Positions 1 to 7,522 are shown, counted from the first letter of the stretch. The stretch is 32,542 nucleotides of DNA from Candidatus Omnitrophota bacterium (GCA_041652615.1 JBAZGZ010000001.1:1-32542); one strand, 5' to 3'. Program-made: numbers and translations. The notes: a model not told the origin generated them from the letters alone.

Positions 1-2024
1 AAAATTCCGAACAGGGCCTGGCTCGCGCTTTGTCCGTAAAATTCTGGCTAGGATTTATCCTTGCTTTGCCGGTTATTGCCTTAAATGTGGGCGAAATGAT
101 TACTTTTGTAAAAATACCCGCAATAATCTCCCATCAATTTTCTTCATGGATCCAGCTGCTATTTACCACGCCCGTTGTTTTTTGGTCGGGAGGCTTTTTT
201 TATATAAAAGCCTGGAAGTCAATAATTAACAAGTCTCTTAACATGTTTACTTTGATTGCCATGGGTGTATTGGCAGCATATGGATATAGTTTTTTTGCGG
301 TTGTTTCTCCGAAAATTTTTCCCGATGCGTTCAAAAAAATGGGGCATATCAATCTTTATTTTGAAGCTGCAGCGGTAATTACAATTCTTGTTTTGCTTGG
401 GCAATTACTTGAGGCAAAAGCGCGAAATAAAACCGGACAGGCGATCAAGGCTCTTCTTGGTTTTGCCGCAAAAACCGCTCACATTATAAGAAATAATCAG
501 GAAGAAGAAATACGCATCGAGAATGTTAAGCATGGCGACATATTGCGCGTTAAGCCGGGTGAAAAAATCCCCGTTGACGGAGTGGTTATTGAAGGAAAAA
601 CTACAATAGATGAAGCGATGATTTCGGGGGAATCTATCCCTGTTGATAAAACAGCCGGTGATAAAGTTATCGGCGCGACAATTAATCAGACCGGCGCGTT
701 TATCATGAAGGCAGAGCGGGTTGGAGATGAAACTTTGCTTTCGCAAATTATCCAGATGGTAGAGTCTGCGCAAAGAAGCCGCGCCCCTATACAACACCTG
801 GTTGATAAAGTTTCCGGTTATTTTGTTCCGGTTGTTGTTATTGCGGCAGGTATTACTTTTCTTGTCTGGTTTTTATTCGGGCCGGAACCTAGATTGGCTT
901 ACGCTTTGGTTAATGCGATAGCCGTTCTGATTATTGCTTGTCCTTGTGCGCTTGGCCTGGCAACGCCGATGTCAATTATGGTTGGAGTGGGCCGGGCTGC
1001 TTTGTCCGGCATTTTAGTCAAGAATGCAGAGGCTATCGAAAAGGCAGAGAGAATAACGCATGTGCTGGTGGATAAGACAGGGACTTTAACCTTGGGTAAA
1101 CCGCGCGTAACTGATTTAATCGTCGGTAAAAACATTAACGAACGGTTTTTTGCCGAAGTCGCGGCATCTATCGAACAATTAAGTGAGCATCCACTGGCAA
1201 GAGCAGTTGTTGATTATGCGAAAGAACAAAAATATGAAATTGTAAAGGCGGAAAATTTTAAATCTATCACCGGTTCAGGCATTGAAGGAACAGTCAAAGG
1301 AAAAAGCATTTTTTTAGGCAAGGAAACTTTTTTAAAGGAATCAAGTATTTCTATTCCAGCAGAGCTAAAGAATAAAGCAGCAGAGTTACAAATAAAAGCT
1401 AAAACAATAGTGTGGTTAGCAATCGAAAACGAAACTGCGGGGTTTTTAGCGATTTCAGATCCGATCAAGGAAACCACCCCTGGCGCCGTAAAAAAATTAC
1501 ACAGCATGGGGTTGGCAGTAGTTATAGTTAGCGGCGATAATAAATTAACTGTTGCTGCTGTTGCCAGAGAGTTAGAGATCACCCAGGTGCACGCGGAGCT
1601 TAAACCGGAAGATAAACTGCAGATTGTTAAAGATTTAAAAGAAAAAGGAGCAGTCGTGCTTATGGCCGGTGACGGTATAAATGATGCTCCGGCTTTAGCC
1701 CAGGCCCAAATTGGCGTTGCAATGGGAACAGGAACGGATATTGCGATAAAAAGTGCCGATATAACTTTAGTTAAAGGAGATTTGAACGGGATTGTTAAAA
1801 CGTTGATTTTTAGCCGCGCGATTATGAAAAATATCCGTCAAAATCTTTTTTTCGCTTTTGTTTACAATAGCATAGGTGTGCCTTTAGCAGCAGGAATATT
1901 GTATCCATTTTTTGGTATTTTACTGAGCCCGGTTGCCGCAGCTGCCGCGATGAGTTTCAGTTCTTTATCGGTTGTGGGTAATTCTTTACGTTTGCGCCGG
2001 ATGAAGTTTGACAAAGTTTCCTAA
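1..2024 (+). CDS. copA: Heavy-metal translocating P1B-type ATPase (Cu+/Ag+ type), 5' end cut by window edge
   Basis: The frame is open from nt 3, so the gene continues upstream of the listed TTG at 30. It has the CPC metal-binding TM motif (ACPCALGLATP), the DKTGTLT phosphorylation site and the GDGINDAP hinge. Confidence 0.9.
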   Translation, partial: NSEQGLARALSVKFWLGFILALPVIALNVGEMITFVKIPAIISHQFSSWIQLLFTTPVVFWSGGFFYIKAWKSIINKSLNMFTLIAMGVLAAYGYSFFAVVSPKIFPDAFKKMGHINLYFEAAAVITILVLLGQLLEAKARNKTGQAIKALLGFAAKTAHIIRNNQEEEIRIENVKHGDILRVKPGEKIPVDGVVIEGKTTIDEAMISGESIPVDKTAGDKVIGATINQTGAFIMKAERVGDETLLSQIIQMVESAQRSRAPIQHLVDKVSGYFVPVVVIAAGITFLVWFLFGPEPRLAYALVNAIAVLIIACPCALGLATPMSIMVGVGRAALSGILVKNAEAIEKAERITHVLVDKTGTLTLGKPRVTDLIVGKNINERFFAEVAASIEQLSEHPLARAVVDYAKEQKYEIVKAENFKSITGSGIEGTVKGKSIFLGKETFLKESSISIPAELKNKAAELQIKAKTIVWLAIENETAGFLAISDPIKETTPGAVKKLHSMGLAVVIVSGDNKLTVAAVARELEITQVHAELKPEDKLQIVKDLKEKGAVVLMAGDGINDAPALAQAQIGVAMGTGTDIAIKSADITLVKGDLNGIVKTLIFSRAIMKNIRQNLFFAFVYNSIGVPLAAGILYPFFGILLSPVAAAAAMSFSSLSVVGNSLRLRRMKFDKVS

Positions 2025-2057
2025 GAAATACCCCCGGATGTTCTTATCTAAAATGAA

Positions 2058-2086
2058 TTGACTAGGGAGTGACATTGGAATATAAT
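2058..2086 (+). promoter_or_regulatory. Sigma70-type promoter upstream of glmU
   Basis: TTGACT (2058-2063), 17-nt spacer, TATAAT (2081-2086). It lies ~57 nt upstream of the glmU ATG. Confidence 0.6.
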
Positions 2087-2143
2087 CTGAATGTTCCAAA
2101 GCAGCATTTCCCTTAAAACAACGCTAAATTATAAGATAACACT

Positions 2144-3484
2144 ATGCCAAACGATATTAGTTTTGCTAAAAAATCCGGAAATAATTCAAACTTTACGGCA
2201 ATAGTTCTTGCCGCGGGAAAAGGCGTAAGAATGAAATCGGAGCTGCCGAAAGTTCTTCATACGCTTTCCGGCAAACCGCTTATCGGCTATTGTTTAGAAC
2301 AGCTAAAATCCATCAAAAATATAAAACAAATAATTGTCGTAACGGGCTATGGCGCGCAGTCCGTAGAAACATATGTGAAAAATAACTTTAAAGGTGTTGA
2401 ATTTGCAAGGCAGAAAAAATTGCTTGGCACGGCAGACGCGGTTAAGTGCGCAAGAGCAGAAGTAAAATACGAAAATGTTTTAATCCTTTGTGCTGACGCG
2501 CCGCTGATTACGGCTGAAACGTTATCTTCCTTTATGGCTTCTTACGAAAGCGAAAAACTGACAGCTTCAATTATTACCGCGTATATTGATAAAAAAAATG
2601 ACCTGGGGAGGATTATCAGGGATACTTACGGCGCGATTAAATCTATATGCGAAGTCAGTGATTTGCGTAAACATATTAATCTAAAAATCAGCCTAAAAGA
2701 AGTTAACAGCGGTATCTATGCGTTTAATCGCAGAACGCTTTTTGAAAATCTTAAATATATAAAGAGAAACGAGATTAAAGGTGAATATTATTTTACCGAT
2801 ACGATAGAGATTCTTTATAATAACGGTATCAAAATAGGCTCTTATGTGCTTTCTGACAGTGATGAAATCTTAGGTATAAACAGTCCGAGAGAGCTTTCTT
2901 TGGCGGAGAGAATAATCAATAAAAGGGTGGTAGAGTATTTTATGGCAAGCGGGGTGAGAATAATGGATCCCCAAAGCACCTTTATCGCCGAGAACGTAAA
3001 GATTGGTAAAAATACCTTAATTTATCCCTTTACCTTTATAGAAAGGAATGTTATAATTGGCGTCCGTTGCGAAATCGGCCCTTTCGCGCATTTAAGGCAA
3101 GGGGTTTGCATATCCGACGATACAGCAATAGGTAATTTTACGGAAATCAGCCGTTCCAAAGTTGGAAAAAACACTAGAATTAAACAGTTTAGCTATATTG
3201 GCGATGCTACTATCGGCGATAACGTAAATATAGGCGCGGGTACAGTTGTAGCTAATTATAACGGTAAAACCAAAAATAAAACTATTATAGAAAAAGGAGC
3301 ATCCATTGGTTCGGATTCTGTTTTGGTTGCTCCGGTTAAAATCGGAAAATCTGCCATAACGGGCGCAGGCAGCGTTGTTCTTAAGAATGTTAAAGGCGGG
3401 GAAACAGTTGTAGGTGTGCCCGCTCAGGTATTAAAGAAAAATCGGAAGCTCGAAGGAAGAAAGACGAGAGACGAAGGACGATAG
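2144..3484 (+). CDS. glmU: Bifunctional GlcNAc-1-P uridyltransferase / GlcN-1-P acetyltransferase
   Basis: N-terminal LAAGKGVRMKS nucleotidyltransferase motif and a C-terminal left-handed beta-helix of hexapeptide repeats. The last ~10 codons (EGRKTRDEGR) are encoded by a heptamer repeat array. Confidence 0.9.
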   Translation: MPNDISFAKKSGNNSNFTAIVLAAGKGVRMKSELPKVLHTLSGKPLIGYCLEQLKSIKNIKQIIVVTGYGAQSVETYVKNNFKGVEFARQKKLLGTADAVKCARAEVKYENVLILCADAPLITAETLSSFMASYESEKLTASIITAYIDKKNDLGRIIRDTYGAIKSICEVSDLRKHINLKISLKEVNSGIYAFNRRTLFENLKYIKRNEIKGEYYFTDTIEILYNNGIKIGSYVLSDSDEILGINSPRELSLAERIINKRVVEYFMASGVRIMDPQSTFIAENVKIGKNTLIYPFTFIERNVIIGVRCEIGPFAHLRQGVCISDDTAIGNFTEISRSKVGKNTRIKQFSYIGDATIGDNVNIGAGTVVANYNGKTKNKTIIEKGASIGSDSVLVAPVKIGKSAITGAGSVVLKNVKGGETVVGVPAQVLKKNRKLEGRKTRDEGR

Positions 3485-3540
3485 AAAATAGAAGGAAGAA
3501 AATAAAGAATAGAAAATATTAAACTTCTATCTTCGTCCTT
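3452..3540. repeat. 7-nt tandem repeat array folding into an imperfect palindrome
   Basis: Consecutive heptamers from 3463: GACGAGA GACGAAG GACGATA GAAAATA GAAGGAA GAAAATA AAGAATA GAAAATA. The opposing arm is TTCTATCTTCGTCCTT (3525-3540). The array spans the glmU stop codon. Confidence 0.7.
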
Positions 3541-3569
3541 ATATTACCAAATATAAATTAGGAGAAAAA

Positions 3570-4517
3570 ATGGATAAAATGGTAGTTTTGAGCGGCAACT
3601 CGAATAAAGAGTTAGCTGTAAAGATAAGTAAGGAATTGAAAGTTAAGCTTGCAGAAGTAATGACAGTTCGCTTTAGTGACGGAGAAATAAGGGTAAAGGT
3701 TGAAGATAATGTAAGAGGTAAAGATGTTTTTGTTGTCCAATCTAATTGCCCGCCGGTCAATGAAAACATAATGGAGCTTTTGATAATCATCGACGCGTTA
3801 AAACGGGCCTCGGCCAATCGCATAACCGCGGTGATACCTTATTTCGGTTATGCGCGCCAGGATAGGAAAGATCAGCCGCGCGTGCCTATAACCGCGAAAC
3901 TTGTGGCAAATCTTTTAACGGTGGCGGGAGCGAATCGTGTTTTAGCTCTTGATTTGCATGCCGGCCAGATTCAAGGTTTTTTTGATATACCGGTGGATCA
4001 CTTGTTTGCGATTAATGTTTTTGTCGATTATTTTAAGAAAATTAAAATAAAAAATCTTGTTATCGTGTCGCCGGATGTTGGCGGTATAAAGATGGCGAGG
4101 GCTTATGCAAAGAAATTTCATGCCGGTTTGGCAATTGTTGATAAAAGAAGAAATACCCCCGACGCTACTGAAGTAATGCATATTCTTGGCGAAGTCGAAG
4201 GTAAAAATGTTATTCTGGTTGATGATATAGTTGCAACTGGCAGTTCACTGGTTGAGGCAGCAAAAGCGCTCAAAGAGGCGGGAGCGAAGAAAATTTTTGC
4301 CGCTATTTCTCACGGAATACTTTCTGCCAATGCAGTAGAGAAGCTGGAAAATTCAAATATAGATTATCTTGTAATTACCGATTCTATTCCTCTGGGCGAG
4401 GAAAAGAAGAGTAAAAAAATAAAAGTTGTTTCGGTGAATAAATTATTCGCGGAAGCAATCAGAAGGATACATTTTGAGCAATCAATAAGCGTGCTTTTTG
4501 ATTCAATAAGGAGATGA
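3570..4517 (+). CDS. prs: Ribose-phosphate pyrophosphokinase
   Basis: AGGAGA Shine-Dalgarno upstream of the ATG. Prs-typical motifs are present: YFGYARQDRK and the VSPDVGG / DDIVATGSS PRPP-binding loop. Confidence 0.92.
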   Translation: MDKMVVLSGNSNKELAVKISKELKVKLAEVMTVRFSDGEIRVKVEDNVRGKDVFVVQSNCPPVNENIMELLIIIDALKRASANRITAVIPYFGYARQDRKDQPRVPITAKLVANLLTVAGANRVLALDLHAGQIQGFFDIPVDHLFAINVFVDYFKKIKIKNLVIVSPDVGGIKMARAYAKKFHAGLAIVDKRRNTPDATEVMHILGEVEGKNVILVDDIVATGSSLVEAAKALKEAGAKKIFAAISHGILSANAVEKLENSNIDYLVITDSIPLGEEKKSKKIKVVSVNKLFAEAIRRIHFEQSISVLFDSIRR

Positions 4518-4690
4518 AATGAGGCAGCAACTTTTCAAGCCTCTAGTGGCGTAGAAAAGCTGCGTAGCCGAATTTCACCCAGCACTAATTTTTATATAAG
4601 CAATTTAGTGCGAGGAAAATTAGTGCTGGGTTTAATTCGCACTATCATTTTTTCTTCGCCACTAGGGCTTGAAAAAATGATGTGCTCATT
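4518..4690. repeat. Composite structured repeat, locus A: left module (-), central hairpin, right module (+)
   Basis: Left module 4518-4577. Central perfect 15-bp stem is CCCAGCACTAATTTT (4578-4592) with AAAATTAGTGCTGGG (4616-4630). Right module 4631-4690 ends at the rplY Shine-Dalgarno. Confidence 0.85.
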
Positions 4691-4702
4691 AAAGGAGATA
4701 AC

Positions 4703-5458
4703 ATGGAAAGGGTAAAGATTGAAGCGACCTTAAGGGAAAAATTAGGTAAAGAAACAGCAAAGAAAGTAAGGTTTAAGGGTAATGCTCCCGCGATAGTTTA
4801 CGGTAAGGGCGTAAACCTTGCGGTTGAGATACAGGTGGCAGGGTTAAAAGCTTTAAGAGCAATACATTTTTCACAAGGTGCGGTAATCGATATAGATTTA
4901 ACCGGCCAGGATAAGAAAGAAAATTGTTCTGTTCTGATTAAGGATGTACAGTATCATCCATTAACAGAGGCGATTACGCATATAGACTTTATAAGGGTTT
5001 CTCTTGAGGAGAAAATAAAAGCGCACGTTCCTGTCGTCCTTAAGGGCGAGCCAAAAGGCGTGAAAGAAGAAGGAATCCTTTCCCAGATACTTTGGCAGCT
5101 TACCATTGAAGCTCTTCCTCTGGATATTCCGGAAAAAATTGAAGTAGATGTTACTCATCTAGGGATAGGTAATTCTGTGCATGTTGATGAAGTTAAAGTG
5201 CCGGAAAATGTAAAAATAGTTAATTCTCCCGATGAAACTGTTGCAACGGTTGTAGAGAAAGAAGAAGAAGTCGCGGCTACTGTCGCAGATGAAACAACCC
5301 CTACGGGCCCTGAGGTAATAAAAGAGAAGAAGGAAGTTGAAGAAGGTGAGGCCGAGGGCGAAGAGGGCAAGGCGAAAGGAAAAGAAGAGCCCAAAGGTAA
5401 AGAAGAGGCTAAGCCGAAAGAAGAAGCTAAAAAGGCTCCGGAAAAAGGGAAGAAATAA
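4703..5458 (+). CDS. rplY: Ribosomal protein L25 / general stress protein Ctc, with a long K/E-rich C-terminal tail
   Basis: ATG at 4703 is preceded by AAAGGAGA (4691-4698). The listed GTG at 4682 lies inside the repeat module. The prs-ctc-pth gene order is a common bacterial arrangement. Confidence 0.85.
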   Translation: MERVKIEATLREKLGKETAKKVRFKGNAPAIVYGKGVNLAVEIQVAGLKALRAIHFSQGAVIDIDLTGQDKKENCSVLIKDVQYHPLTEAITHIDFIRVSLEEKIKAHVPVVLKGEPKGVKEEGILSQILWQLTIEALPLDIPEKIEVDVTHLGIGNSVHVDEVKVPENVKIVNSPDETVATVVEKEEEVAATVADETTPTGPEVIKEKKEVEEGEAEGEEGKAKGKEEPKGKEEAKPKEEAKKAPEKGKK

Positions 5459-5573
5459 TGAACACATCATTTTTCCAAGCCGAAGGCGTCAGGAAAAATG
5501 ATAGTGTGAATTACCCCGCCGAACGTGGCAAAATTATCGAAGAGAATTTTGCCACATTTTTAGTGAGGCGGGG
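5457..5573 (-). repeat. Structured repeat, locus B: module (- orientation) plus CCCCGCC...GGCGGGG-clamped hairpin
   Basis: Module 5457-5513 overlaps the rplY stop codon (TAATGAACAC). Clamp is CCCCGCC 5514-5520 with GGCGGGG 5567-5573. Inner perfect 11-bp stem is GTGGCAAAATT / AATTTTGCCAC with loop ATCGAAGAG. Confidence 0.85.
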
Positions 5574-5644
5574 TGATGAGATAAGCGTTACGTACGTGGC
5601 TATCGAAATAATTACAGTTAATTGAAATTCAGAACATCAAATAA

Positions 5645-6208
5645 GTGAAAGTTATAGTTGGATTAGGCAATCCGGGTTTAAAATATAAAAATAATCGCCA
5701 TAATGCCGGATTTATGGTGCTTGATGAGATAGCCAAGCACGAAAAAGTTCTTTTTAAAAAAAGTTTCCTTTGGAACTGTTACTTTGTTAAGATAACGGCC
5801 GGGCAAGAGGTAATGCTTTTAATCAAGCCTCTGACATACATGAATAATTCGGGTCGTTGCGTTAAGAAGATTTTTTCAAAGTATGTGTTGGAAGCTAAAG
5901 ATTTATTGATAGTCTATGATGACGCTGATTTGCCTCTTGGCGCGCTTAGGTTAAAAACTTGCGGTTCAAGCGGCGGCCATCAGGGGTTAGCTTCGATAAT
6001 TACCCAGTTGAATTCGCAAGATTTTCCAAGATTAAAGCTTGGGATAGATAAAAATACCGGCGCAGATTTAGCTGATTATGTTCTTTCTGATTTTTCGGCG
6101 CAAGAAAAAGAAACAATTAGTGAATCAATTGCTAAGGCTGCTAGCGCGTGCGTAGATTGGGTTAAACGCGGAAACGAATACGTAATGCAAAATTATAATA
6201 ATTGTTAA
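5645..6208 (+). CDS. pth: Peptidyl-tRNA hydrolase
   Basis: GTG start gives VKVIVGLGNPG, the canonical Pth N-terminus. The NRHNAGF motif is present. Confidence 0.9.
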   Translation: MKVIVGLGNPGLKYKNNRHNAGFMVLDEIAKHEKVLFKKSFLWNCYFVKITAGQEVMLLIKPLTYMNNSGRCVKKIFSKYVLEAKDLLIVYDDADLPLGALRLKTCGSSGGHQGLASIITQLNSQDFPRLKLGIDKNTGADLADYVLSDFSAQEKETISESIAKAASACVDWVKRGNEYVMQNYNNC

Positions 6209-6315
6209 CGCGAATAAACGCGAATTTAGACCTGAATGGTTTTATTAAAGTATAAACGCGAATGCGCGCGAATAAAAAGGTTTATAGTTTTATTTTATTC
6301 GCGCGCATTCGCGTT
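6209..6315. repeat. CGCGAAT motif array plus perfect 23-bp palindrome directly after the pth stop
   Basis: CGCGAAT occurs at 6209, 6219, 6257 and 6267 (10-nt phasing within each pair). ATTCGCG occurs at 6297 and 6307. The stem is AACGCGAATGCGCGCGAATAAAA / TTTTATTCGCGCGCATTCGCGTT. Confidence 0.8.
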
Positions 6316-6354
6316 AGATTTGCGATAATTAGCGTTATAAAAGGAGGATAAAAC

Positions 6355-6693
6355 GTGAATACGAATTTTGAAAGCATGATTATTGTGTTGCCTGATATCG
6401 GAGACCAGGCACAGGAAGAGGTTTTTCAGAAGGTAACAAAAAAAATAGAAAGTCTTGAAGGCAAAGTTACGAGCGCCAAGATTTGGGCTAAAGAAAGAAG
6501 TCTTTCCTACCCGCTGAAGGCTTCCGGTTCACAGAAGAAAAAATACTTAAAAGGATGTTATTGGCTCATTGTTTTTTCTATTGATACCGAAAAATTAGCT
6601 GATTTAAGAGAAACAATAAGGCTTGAAGAAAAAATATTGCGCAGCATTATTTTAAACAGGGAGAATTTAAAAGTCGAAAATATAGTAAGCTAA
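6355..6693 (+). CDS. rpsF: Ribosomal protein S6
   Basis: AAGGAGG Shine-Dalgarno then GTG. The rpsF-ssb-rpsR order is conserved, and the YESMIIVLPD-like N-terminus fits S6. Confidence 0.85.
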   Translation: MNTNFESMIIVLPDIGDQAQEEVFQKVTKKIESLEGKVTSAKIWAKERSLSYPLKASGSQKKKYLKGCYWLIVFSIDTEKLADLRETIRLEEKILRSIILNRENLKVENIVS

Positions 6694-6705
6694 GGCGGTG
6701 CGATT

Positions 6706-7128
6706 ATGGCGAGTTTAAATAAGGTTTTTTTGATGGGAAATTTGACGCGTGATCCGGAATTGCGATATACCCCGCAAGGCGCGGCAGTTGTAAATCTTGG
6801 TCTTGCGGTAAACAGGTATTATAAAGATAAAAGCGGCCAGAACCAGCAGGATACGTGTTTTTTAAATGTAATAGTTTGGGGTCAAATGGCTGAAGTCTGC
6901 AATCAGTATCTTCAAAAGGGAAGGCAGATTATCGTAGAGGGCAGGCTCCAATCAAGAAGTTGGAAGGATAATGATGGTAAAAACCGCACGACTATAGAAG
7001 TAAAGGCGGATAACGTCCAGTTTATGTCTAATCGTGCAAAGGAAGAAACTAAAGAAGTTGATTTAGGCGAGGCACCGGCAGAGTCGACCGGCGCGGAGCA
7101 TAATGAAGAACAAGGAGAGGTGAATTAA
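6706..7128 (+). CDS. ssb: Single-stranded DNA-binding protein
   Basis: OB-fold N-terminus (LNKVFLMGNLTRDPELRYTPQG). It sits between rpsF and rpsR. Confidence 0.9.
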   Translation: MASLNKVFLMGNLTRDPELRYTPQGAAVVNLGLAVNRYYKDKSGQNQQDTCFLNVIVWGQMAEVCNQYLQKGRQIIVEGRLQSRSWKDNDGKNRTTIEVKADNVQFMSNRAKEETKEVDLGEAPAESTGAEHNEEQGEVN

Positions 7129-7129
7129 G

Positions 7130-7393
7130 ATGTTTAAACCAAAATCAAAACCAAAACTAAAACTAAAAACAAAAACACCAAAGATGATCGGATTTAAAAA
7201 AAGCTGTTCGTTTTGCAAAAAAGAATTTAATATTGATTATAAAAATATCGAATTGCTTTCGCACTACATATCGTCAAGAGGCAAGATAGTATCCAGGCGT
7301 GTAAGTGGAAATTGCGCCAAGCATCAGCGAAAAGTTACAAAAGAGATGAAAATTGCACGGTTTTTGAGTATATTCCCGTATTTGGCTAGATAA
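7130..7393 (+). CDS. rpsR: Ribosomal protein S18 with a K/P-rich N-terminal extension
   Basis: GGAGAGG Shine-Dalgarno lies 9 nt before the ATG at 7130. The S18 core is present (CSFCKKEFNIDYKN...GKIVSRRVSGNCAKHQRKV...ARFLSIFPY). Confidence 0.85.
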   Translation: MFKPKSKPKLKLKTKTPKMIGFKKSCSFCKKEFNIDYKNIELLSHYISSRGKIVSRRVSGNCAKHQRKVTKEMKIARFLSIFPYLAR

Positions 7394-7400
7394 GATTTAT

Positions 7401-7522
7401 TACCCCGTCTCATGAAAGAGGTTGTGAAATTCTCTTCGATAATTTCACAATATTCGGCGGGGTTAATTCACACTATTATTTTTTCTGCGCCACTAGCGGC
7501 TGGAAAAAATGATGTGTTCAAT
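7401..7522 (+). repeat. Structured repeat, locus C: clamped hairpin plus module (+ orientation)
   Basis: This is the reverse-complement arrangement of locus B. Clamp is CCCCGTC 7403-7409 with GGCGGGG 7456-7462. Inner stem is TTGTGAAATT / AATTTCACAA with loop CTCTTCGAT, the reverse complement of the locus B loop. Module 7463-7522 ends at the rplI Shine-Dalgarno. Confidence 0.85.

Noticed and set aside
4682-4702. Track start codons inside repeat modules: GTG at 4682, 7509 and 24884, giving MLIK.../MMCS... N-termini
   Set aside because: These starts lie in the 3' arm of the repeat hairpin, upstream of a strong AAGGAG(G) site. The downstream ATG or GTG restores canonical L25 and L9 N-termini.
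5155-5470. Two minus-strand ORFs (79 and 103 aa) opposite the L25 tail
   Set aside because: They are the antisense shadow of the GAA/AAG-rich sequence encoding the K/E tail and give F/S/L-rich nonsense.
5458-5625. Short ORFs that begin at the ATG in the module terminus: 55 aa at 5458-5625, 28 aa at 11936-12022, and 10-11 aa at 4519 and 24725. They share MxxxFFQA-like starts and TAATG overlap with the preceding stop.
   Set aside because: Lengths and downstream frames differ between copies, and indels shift the frame. Conservation follows base pairing rather than codons. The shared peptide start simply reflects the conserved stem sequence. A translated micro-ORF cannot be fully excluded.
6254-6315. 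Calling the perfect 23-bp hairpin after pth a classic intrinsic terminator
   Set aside because: The 3' arm is followed by AGATTTGCG rather than a U-tract. It may still terminate transcription, so I listed it as a repeat and flagged it for 3' end mapping instead.
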